Of a stretch of 24,000 nucleotides of DNA, positions 16,081 through 23,081 are shown piece after piece. The position numbers were made by a program, and so were the translations under genes. Positions within the stretch are counted from its first letter, which is position 1. The number at the start of each line of letters is the position of its first letter. This DNA is from Sphingobium sp. SCG-1 (GTDB lineage: Bacteria; Pseudomonadota; Alphaproteobacteria; Sphingomonadales; Sphingomonadaceae), in assembly GCF_002953135.1 (NCBI RefSeq), contig NZ_CP026373.1, forward strand, positions 155,795 through 179,794, written 5' to 3'. Below the pieces are notes generated by a model. It was given only the letters and a program-made list of their open reading frames with translations, was not told where the DNA came from and searched no databases.

Positions 16081-17367
16081 ATGCAGCTAATAATAGGGAA
16101 AACACGCAACATCTTCCGGCGCTTGACGGCAGCTTTGCTGCTGATCGTCAGCCTTGCCGGAGCTGGTTTGTCATCGCCGGCTTTTGCCCATGGTGAGCGC
16201 AATCAGGAACCCTTTTTAAGGCTCCGTACCGCTCACTTCTACGATGTAAAATGGAGTTCCAAATCGGTCCCAGTGAACGGTAGTATAATCATAACTGGCC
16301 GGTTTAGACTCTTTAAAGAATGGCCAGCCAACCTTCCCAAGCCAGACGTTGCATTTTTGGGCAATGGTACGCCAGGACCAGTCTTCGTGAGGACGGAAAG
16401 CTATATCAACGGGGTTCCGGCAATCCAATCTGCGCCGCTGGAGCTCGACCGAGATTATGCTTTCAAATTTGTGCTAAAGGCACGAATTCCTGGCCGTCAC
16501 CACGTCCACCCTATGATCAACGCCCAAGAAGCGGGGCCGCTACTCGGCCCGGGGGAATGGGTGACAGTGACAGGTTCCCATGCCGACTTCAAATTGCCTG
16601 TTCGGACGATCAACGGAACCTTCATTCCCAATTTGGAGACGTGGGGACTTGATCGCGTTTACTTGTGGAACGGCCTGTGGTTCGCCATTGCTATTGGATG
16701 GCTACTCTTCTGGCTGCGGCGCCCACTCCTCATCACCCGCTACTTGGCGGTGACCGAAGGCAAGGAAGAGGCTCTGATCTCGAACAAGGACCGCGTTGTC
16801 GGAGCAATCCTGCTAGCATCGACCATCGTGATCGTCTTCGTTGGATATGTCGTCACTGACAACGCCTTCCCGCGCACAATTCCTTTGCAAGGCGGTCGAG
16901 CGAGCGTCGAACCTTTGCCGTTCACCCCCGGTGCAGTGAAGGTGTATGTTACCAAGTCGACTTATGATGTGCCTGGCCGCTCCCTAAAAATTGAGATGAA
17001 TCTCACCAATGAGGGGCCAGCGCCAGTCCAACTGGGTGAATTCCTCACGTCGAATCTCCGGTTTATCAACGCGAGCGTTCCAGCAGCAGTAAAGGGTCTG
17101 GATCCAAACTATCCGCGCGATGTCGTGCCGGTAAATGGTCTAAAAGTTAGTGACAACCGGCCTATCGCCCCGGGCGAAACGCGCAAAATTGCTGTTGCGG
17201 CGACAGACGTAGCTTGGGAAAAAGAAAGACTGACGAGCTTGTTGAACGATCCTGACAACCTGGTGGGGGGACTCTTGTTCTTCTTCGATGCGGCCGGGAA
17301 TCGATCAATCAGCAACGTGTCTGGGCCTATGGTACCAGTCTTTACGGCAGAAACGGTGAAAGGCTGA
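16081..17367 (+). CDS. pmoB: copper membrane monooxygenase subunit B (PmoB/AmoB family)
   Basis: The signal peptide ends ..SSPAFA, and the mature end is HGERNQEPFLRLRTAHFYDVKW. The H-x-H string is GRHHVHPMINAQEAGPLLGPGEWVTVTG. There are two central TM helices and a C-terminal beta-rich domain. ATG 16081 lies 4 nt after the subunit A stop. Confidence 0.93.
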   Translation: MQLIIGKTRNIFRRLTAALLLIVSLAGAGLSSPAFAHGERNQEPFLRLRTAHFYDVKWSSKSVPVNGSIIITGRFRLFKEWPANLPKPDVAFLGNGTPGPVFVRTESYINGVPAIQSAPLELDRDYAFKFVLKARIPGRHHVHPMINAQEAGPLLGPGEWVTVTGSHADFKLPVRTINGTFIPNLETWGLDRVYLWNGLWFAIAIGWLLFWLRRPLLITRYLAVTEGKEEALISNKDRVVGAILLASTIVIVFVGYVVTDNAFPRTIPLQGGRASVEPLPFTPGAVKVYVTKSTYDVPGRSLKIEMNLTNEGPAPVQLGEFLTSNLRFINASVPAAVKGLDPNYPRDVVPVNGLKVSDNRPIAPGETRKIAVAATDVAWEKERLTSLLNDPDNLVGGLLFFFDAAGNRSISNVSGPMVPVFTAETVKG

Positions 17368-17377
17368 ATTCCCGCGA

Positions 17378-17427
17378 CTTTGCTCAGGGTTGCGCCACGC
17401 TAGTGCGCGGCGGGACTCTGAGCAAAG
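17378..17427 (+). other. strong stem-loop immediately after the subunit B gene
   Basis: CTTTGCTCAG (17378-17387) and CTGAGCAAAG (17418-17427) are exact 10-bp complements with a 30-nt loop. No U-tract follows. Confidence 0.5.
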
Positions 17428-17466
17428 GACGATGACATTGTAATCGTAGGATTTGGAGAGTTGATC

Positions 17467-18048
17467 ATGAGGCTGACTGGTCGTCGAGGAGTCGCCGCAT
17501 ATTGTTTAATCATTTTTTGCGCGCCGACATCTGCTCATGCTCACGGCGGCCTGACGATGGAGAAAGACGTCTGCAAGCTTCAGGTCGGCCAGTATCAAAT
17601 GCATTTCAACGGGTATCAGCCCGACAGCCAGGGTGCCGAGCAGTTCTGCGAAGATATTCCGAGTACCGGCAGAACCGTAATCGTTCTCGATTTCATTGAC
17701 GATAATCTGCGCAAGCTTCCGATCGATGTGAGGGTGGTCAAAGCGTCTGGTTCGGAGGCGGATCTTGCGAAGGCCACAGTCTTTCATGTCGAGCCGCGGG
17801 TCTATCCGACAGGATCACTTTCATTTTCGTATGATTTCAAGGAGGGGGGGAATTTTATCGGGCTGGTTTCCGCAGGTGGTGACACCGCGCATGTGGCACG
17901 ATTCCCGTTCGCTGTCGGCAGCATGTGGCTGCACTGGAGAAAACCTCTCGGACTCCTGGCGATCATGCTCCTCGCGGTCGGCGGACTGTTCGGATACTCT
18001 ACGCTCAAAAGACCGGCCAAACGAAGCAGCGCGCAACGCCGTGTATAG
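17467..18048 (+). CDS. secreted, C-terminally membrane-anchored protein in the PmoD/AmoD position (family unconfirmed)
   Basis: GGAGAG lies 6 nt upstream of ATG 17467. The signal peptide ends ..APTSAHA, followed by HGGLTMEKDVCKLQVGQYQMHFNGYQ, a ~140-aa soluble part, then a TM helix (LGLLAIMLLAVGGLFGY) and a basic tail. Confidence 0.75.
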   Translation: MRLTGRRGVAAYCLIIFCAPTSAHAHGGLTMEKDVCKLQVGQYQMHFNGYQPDSQGAEQFCEDIPSTGRTVIVLDFIDDNLRKLPIDVRVVKASGSEADLAKATVFHVEPRVYPTGSLSFSYDFKEGGNFIGLVSAGGDTAHVARFPFAVGSMWLHWRKPLGLLAIMLLAVGGLFGYSTLKRPAKRSSAQRRV

Positions 18049-18095
18049 GACACTGGCGGTAACATCAGCGCGCCGGATGATTTTCCCACGAGAAA

Positions 18096-18470
18096 GTGAT
18101 CAAGAAAATGCGAATATCGACCCTTTCGCTGGTGTGCATCGCCTGCATTCCATCTCCGCTTTTTGCGCATGCCGCGTTGGTTAAGTCAGTGCCGGGCAGT
18201 CGCGCCGTGATCGACAAGATGCCGCCACAGGTGGAACTGTGCTTCAATGAGGAAGTCGACCTCAAATTTTCGACATTTTCGATTAGCGACACGGCGGGCA
18301 AACATGCGCCGCTTGGACCTATAAAACTCGGTCGCGACGCGCGGTGCCTATCTGCCAAGAGCGGAGCTCTCGCCAAAGGCACCTATCAGCTTAACTATCA
18401 TGTACTCTCGAAGGATGGTCATATTGTTAAGTATGGACTGCAATTCACCATTCGTGCGGATTCCAAATAA
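18096..18470 (+). CDS. copC: periplasmic copper-binding protein CopC
   Basis: The signal peptide ends ..SPLFA, and the mature end is HAALVKSVPG. The family end-string GTYQLNYHVLSKDGHIVKYGLQFTI is present. The start is GTG 18096 or ATG 18108. Confidence 0.9.
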   Translation: MIKKMRISTLSLVCIACIPSPLFAHAALVKSVPGSRAVIDKMPPQVELCFNEEVDLKFSTFSISDTAGKHAPLGPIKLGRDARCLSAKSGALAKGTYQLNYHVLSKDGHIVKYGLQFTIRADSK

Positions 18471-18472
18471 CA

Positions 18473-20476
18473 GTGAATGAGTTGCTGTCAGCGTCCACGA
18501 CGGCAATTATCAACGCTACTTTGGCCTGGTTGATCGGAGCCTCGCTTTTCAGTCTGTCGACGGCGCATCTTTCAAACGCGGTTCTCTGGAACTGGCGAAA
18601 GAAGATGCGTTTGGGGACAATGGTCGCGGCGCTCATTTTACCGGTTGCTCTGGTTCTCAACCTGGCAGCGCGGTCGGCTTCCGCTAATGATGTCCATCTT
18701 TGGGCCATCATGACGGATCCCAAGCTGGTGCTGGAATTCGCCGCTGGAAGCTCGTCCGGTCAGGTGGTCTACATTCGCTTGCTTATGGCGTGTTTCGGAG
18801 CGGTTTGCCTCGGAGGTGCTTGGTTTTGGGACCGATCTGCGCCGTGGCGCCTGACCCATATCATTGCGCTTGCCGTCGGCGTTATCTCTGGCGTCATCGG
18901 ACCGCTCGGGGGCCATGTCGCCGGCGATGAGGCTACCCGATGGTTGGTGCCGATCCATATTGCCCATATCCTTGCAATGGCCACATGGCTCGGGGGGCTG
19001 CCTGGCTGGGTAGGCCTGGTCATCTGCACGAGCCAAACCCCATCATCGCCATTGCAAAGAGATGTGCTTGCAGCATTACGCAGCTTCTCCAAGCTGGCTA
19101 CAGCTTGCATGGCTATTATTATTACGTCAGGCGTGGCGCTGGCCAGCGCCTGGATCAAGTCACAGGGGGACTTGATCGGGACGACGTACGGCTGGCTTCT
19201 ATGCGCCAAAATATGCATTTTGATGGCTGTTTTGCTGTTGGCGAACCGGGTTCGCAAGCGACTGCTATCTGGCCACAATCGCCAGGGCCACAAACTCGGG
19301 CTGGGCGTTCCCGTCGCGCGCTGGGTGGTCGCGGAACTCGCGCTTGGCGGCGTGATTTTAGGATTGGCAGGAACACTCGCGCAGACGACTCCCGCGGTGC
19401 ATGATCAGCCGGTCTGGATCCTTCCTTTCAGGATCGCGCTTTCAGCAACATGGCCCGTATGGCCGACAATGTGGGTCTTTCCGATCGCGACCGGGGTCGC
19501 CTGTCTTTCGCTTCTGACCGGTTTCGCGCGCTGGGCGTCACTCTCCCGAGCCCGGCGCGCGCTCCTGGCGGCTGCGGGACTGTTAGCAGCCGGAGTTGCC
19601 GCCTGGGCCGCTAGCGTGCCGGCTTACCCAGAGACCTATCGGCGATCGACGTCGCCATATCTCACAGTCTCCATCGCGCAGGGCGCCAAGAATTACCGAG
19701 AAAATTGCACCGCTTGTCACGGACCCGGTGGACAAGGCGACGGGCCGCTTGCCAAATCGCTGCCCAAGCCACCGGCGAATCTCTCCCAACCCCACACAGC
19801 GCTACACACGGGCGGCGACCTCTATTGGTGGATCAAAAATGGCATTCCGGAAAGCGGTATGCCGCCATTCGGTGATATGTTTGATGAGCAGAGCATTTGG
19901 GACACTGCAAATTTCCTTCGGGTTTTTTCCCAAGGGTTTGAAGCCAGGGTGCTCTCGCCGCTGATCGCGCCAAACGGCCCCTGGCTCGGCGCACCGGACT
20001 TCTATTTTGAGCGATCCGATGGCTCGCCAGGCGAGCTGAAAGACTTTCGACACGCCGCAAACGTGCTGATCGCCGTATTTCCGGCTGCCTCCGGGTCGAC
20101 CTCGGCGCGCGTGAAGCAGCTTGTAATGGCCCAGCGCACATTGGCGGCGTCAGGGATTCAACTGATCCTCGTTACGCCGCACAAATTGCCGAATCTCCCT
20201 AACACGATTGTTCAAGTTAACGATGACGCCGCGCAGGTGATCGAGAGCTACGCATTCCTGTCGCGCACTCTAGCCAACAAAGGCCGCAGCAATGAACTCA
20301 ACATGAGCCGCAGCTATGTCGAGTTCCTCATCGATCGTTTCGGCTTCGTCCGCGGACGCTGGATACCCGAAGAAGATCGCGACGGTTGGCAGAATCTTGT
20401 GAAACTGAAGCAAATATCAAAGACGCTTTTCGACGAACCGGAGATACGCGGATCGCCGGATGCCCATATTCATTGA
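18473..20476 (+). CDS. copD: CopD-family membrane protein fused to a class I cytochrome c domain and a Cys-less thioredoxin/redoxin-like domain
   Basis: The N-terminal ~390 aa are polytopic and CopD-like (..HIAHILAMATWLGGLPGW..). The heme motif CTACH is encoded at 19706-19720, with a likely axial Met in GMPPF (ATG 19859-19861). The C-terminal ~165 aa follow a redoxin pattern (APDFYFERSDGSPGELKDF..VLIAVFPAASGST..EFLIDRFGFVRGRW), with the CxxC position replaced by AASG. The GTG start lies 2 nt after the copC stop and is uncertain. Confidence 0.85.
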   Translation: MNELLSASTTAIINATLAWLIGASLFSLSTAHLSNAVLWNWRKKMRLGTMVAALILPVALVLNLAARSASANDVHLWAIMTDPKLVLEFAAGSSSGQVVYIRLLMACFGAVCLGGAWFWDRSAPWRLTHIIALAVGVISGVIGPLGGHVAGDEATRWLVPIHIAHILAMATWLGGLPGWVGLVICTSQTPSSPLQRDVLAALRSFSKLATACMAIIITSGVALASAWIKSQGDLIGTTYGWLLCAKICILMAVLLLANRVRKRLLSGHNRQGHKLGLGVPVARWVVAELALGGVILGLAGTLAQTTPAVHDQPVWILPFRIALSATWPVWPTMWVFPIATGVACLSLLTGFARWASLSRARRALLAAAGLLAAGVAAWAASVPAYPETYRRSTSPYLTVSIAQGAKNYRENCTACHGPGGQGDGPLAKSLPKPPANLSQPHTALHTGGDLYWWIKNGIPESGMPPFGDMFDEQSIWDTANFLRVFSQGFEARVLSPLIAPNGPWLGAPDFYFERSDGSPGELKDFRHAANVLIAVFPAASGSTSARVKQLVMAQRTLAASGIQLILVTPHKLPNLPNTIVQVNDDAAQVIESYAFLSRTLANKGRSNELNMSRSYVEFLIDRFGFVRGRWIPEEDRDGWQNLVKLKQISKTLFDEPEIRGSPDAHIH

Positions 20477-20487
20477 GCGAGGAAGCT

Positions 20488-21012
20488 ATGTGGAAATCAA
20501 CTGTACTTGTTTTGCCTCTCATGATCGCAAGTTGCTCGGGAGGAGCCCAAAAGACTCCAGATGCCCCAAAGGAAGCGCACTCCGAGCACAACATGGCAGC
20601 GATGCCGGGCATGGGAAACATGAGCGATCCAGGACACGATATGTCTTCGATGGACGACGCAAAGCCGGTGGCTTCAACCGATACACCCCCACTAAAAATT
20701 GTCGGCCCCATTGATGGCGCGACGATTGGGCAGCGCGTGGCCGTTGTTTTTGAGGGACCCGCTCAGCTTTCCAAATATACGATGGATAATCCTGAGGCGG
20801 CAGCTCACCTGCACATTGCGCTCGACGATACTGAGCTTATGCCGATGGGCGAGCAGTTGATCAGCTTGGGCGCCAAGCAATATGTTTTCATATTCGATTT
20901 ACCAACAAAACCGGGACGTCACACGATAAGTCTCTATTGGGCCGATCGGCTTCACAAGAAGATTGAAAATGGTGTCCAGACTATATCTGTAGAAGTGACC
21001 GGTTCCAAGTAA
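20488..21012 (+). CDS. lipoprotein with Met/His-rich copper-type motif and a DUF4399-like beta domain
   Basis: GAGGAAG SD then ATG 20488. The lipobox is LMIASC. The metal-type stretch is HSEHNMAAMPGMGNMSDPGHDMSSMDD. A ~115-aa domain follows with AAHLHIALDD and GRHTISLYW, which resembles what I recall of DUF4399. The track start 20386 overlaps copD. Confidence 0.8.
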   Translation: MWKSTVLVLPLMIASCSGGAQKTPDAPKEAHSEHNMAAMPGMGNMSDPGHDMSSMDDAKPVASTDTPPLKIVGPIDGATIGQRVAVVFEGPAQLSKYTMDNPEAAAHLHIALDDTELMPMGEQLISLGAKQYVFIFDLPTKPGRHTISLYWADRLHKKIENGVQTISVEVTGSK

Positions 21013-21086
21013 TACCTTGGAACGTCCGTTGTTCGTAGCGGTTCGGGATTTCCCTTAGACGGAGATTTCGCCAGCGTTATTTCTGC

Positions 21087-22877
21087 ATGCCAAAAAGGAA
21101 AGGTCAAGTCTTGTACAACGCGCCGATACTGGAGCAATCATTTGTCCTCAAAACGATAGCGAGTTTGAGGGAAATCGCAGGTCACGCTAGATTCTCTCTG
21201 GCAAATGACGAACTGGTCGACGCTATTTTGCAGCAGGCGGGCAAATTGGCCGGCGAGGTATTTGGGCCGCTGTGTCGCTCCGGTGACATCGAGGGTGCGC
21301 GATGGGAAGACGGAAATGTCGTTCTGCCCAACGGATTTCGCGATGCTTACAATCTATATCGCGAGGGCGGCTGGGCCTCCCTGCACGCCGATCCTGACAC
21401 CGGTGGACAAGGATTGCCGTTTGCGCTATCGTGTGCCGTTCAGGAACAGTTGACCTCGGCCAATATGGCTTTTGCCCTGTGCATGATGCTTAGCCAGGGC
21501 GCAATTCATGCCCTTTCGCACCATGCCTCCGAGGAATTGCAGCGTCGCTTTCTCAGTCGCCTTGTGAGCGGCGAATGGACTGGCACGATGAACCTTACAG
21601 AGCCGCAAGCCGGTTCGGACGTGGGCGCTCTAAGGACGCAGGCGACGCCCGATGTTGACGGCCGTTACAGGATATCCGGCGAGAAGATTTTCATAACATG
21701 GGGCGACCATGACGTTGCTGAGAACATCGTCCATCTGGTGCTCGCCCGTCTGCCCGGAGCTCCGGTCGGGACCAAAGGCATTTCACTCTTTCTTGTTCCT
21801 AAGTTCCTCGTGAACGACGACGGCACCCTCGGGAACAGGAATGGAGTGTCGTGCCGTTCGCTGGAAAGAAAGCTCGGAATCCACGCGTCGCCGACCTGCA
21901 CCATGCAATTTGGCGACGAGAGTATTTGCTTTGGCTGGCTCGTAGGGGAGGAAAACCAGGGCATGGCGGCGATGTTTACGATGATGAACCACGCCAGAAT
22001 CAACGTCGGTCTCCAAGGCGTCGCTATTGCAGAGCGCGCTTATCAACGCAGCGTTAAATATGCTTACGAACGGCAACAGCATGGACGGCTGATTGCGACG
22101 TTCCCCGATGTGCGCCGCATGCTAATGACGATGCGTGCGAACACGCAGGCAGCACGGGCTTTGGTCTATTATACGGCGTCCCAGGTCGATTTGGCCGCAG
22201 CGGCGGCCGAGCCCGTCGATCGCAGGCAATTCCAGTGTCGGGCCGATCTCCTGACACCCGTGGCAAAAAGCTGGGCAACGGATCTGGGCGTCGAAACGAC
22301 GTCGCTGGGAATCCAGGTTTTGGGCGGCTTGGGGTATATTGAGGACAGTGGGGCGGCGCAGGATTTTCGCGACGCGCGGATCGCTCCCATTTATGAAGGA
22401 ACGAATGGCATTCAGGCCATCGACCTCGTTGCCCGGAAACTGGGCATCGACGATGGTAGGCATTGGCGCGAACTGTTTGCAGAAATTGAAAACTCGCTGA
22501 CGCGCGCTTCACTTATCCCCACGCTTGAATCGATGGCATCCGCTTTGCGCTCGGGCCTGGAAGCTGTGTCTCGATCTACGCTTTGGCTGACGAGCAGCGC
22601 TTCAAATCTGCCCGATCAGCGGTTGGCGGCCGCTTCAGCCTATCTAAGAATCTTTGGAAATCTCGTCGGGGGATGGCTTTTACTAATCGAGGCTGAGGCG
22701 ACACTCGGCGATCTATATTCGCAGGAATATGATCGCGCGTTTCTTGATGCCAAGGTAGCGACGGCGAAATTCTTCGCAGAGCAGATCGTCGCACCCCAAT
22801 CCGCCATCTCGAGTGGTCTTTTGCTCGCCGGTAGCGGTGACTATCAGCTGAGTGGAGATCAGATGCTCTCCCGGTGA
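21087..22877 (+). CDS. long-form acyl-CoA dehydrogenase (~590 aa class with extra N- and C-terminal domains)
   Basis: Typical strings are GTMNLTEPQAGSDVGALRTQATPDVDGRYRISGEKIFITWGDHDVAENIVHLVLARLPGAPVGTKGISLFLVPKF and ..QVLGGLGYIEDSGAAQDFRDARIAPIYEGTNGIQAIDLV. An alternative TTG start at 21111 has GGAAAGG upstream. Confidence 0.9.
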   Translation: MPKRKGQVLYNAPILEQSFVLKTIASLREIAGHARFSLANDELVDAILQQAGKLAGEVFGPLCRSGDIEGARWEDGNVVLPNGFRDAYNLYREGGWASLHADPDTGGQGLPFALSCAVQEQLTSANMAFALCMMLSQGAIHALSHHASEELQRRFLSRLVSGEWTGTMNLTEPQAGSDVGALRTQATPDVDGRYRISGEKIFITWGDHDVAENIVHLVLARLPGAPVGTKGISLFLVPKFLVNDDGTLGNRNGVSCRSLERKLGIHASPTCTMQFGDESICFGWLVGEENQGMAAMFTMMNHARINVGLQGVAIAERAYQRSVKYAYERQQHGRLIATFPDVRRMLMTMRANTQAARALVYYTASQVDLAAAAAEPVDRRQFQCRADLLTPVAKSWATDLGVETTSLGIQVLGGLGYIEDSGAAQDFRDARIAPIYEGTNGIQAIDLVARKLGIDDGRHWRELFAEIENSLTRASLIPTLESMASALRSGLEAVSRSTLWLTSSASNLPDQRLAAASAYLRIFGNLVGGWLLLIEAEATLGDLYSQEYDRAFLDAKVATAKFFAEQIVAPQSAISSGLLLAGSGDYQLSGDQMLSR

Positions 22878-22913
22878 ATCAATCGGGCGGGCGAGCAACG
22901 GATTCCGCGCCCT

Positions 22914-22943
22914 GCACATATTAGACCTTAGTGTCATCGACAG
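22914..22943 (+). promoter_or_regulatory. conserved box B (partner of 13981-14010)
   Basis: GCACATATTAGACCTTAGTGTCATCGACAG, 139 nt upstream of ATG 23082. See box A for the alignment. Confidence 0.45.
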
Positions 22944-23081
22944 AAGGGCTCGGGCGCATGCATTGGTGAAAAGGCATGATTGTTGCGGCGGAGCGGATCG
23001 GGTTCACCGCCTCTTTCCCGAGCGACGAAATGAGGGCCGCATGGCGAACAGCGCCTATCGTTACAGGAGCAGTAGGAAATA

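Noticed and set aside
20386-20487. The 5' extension of the lipoprotein ORF (track start 20386), overlapping the copD fusion.
   Set aside because: ATG 20488 has a strong GAGGAAG SD and starts a canonical lipoprotein signal peptide. The extension lies inside the copD coding region.
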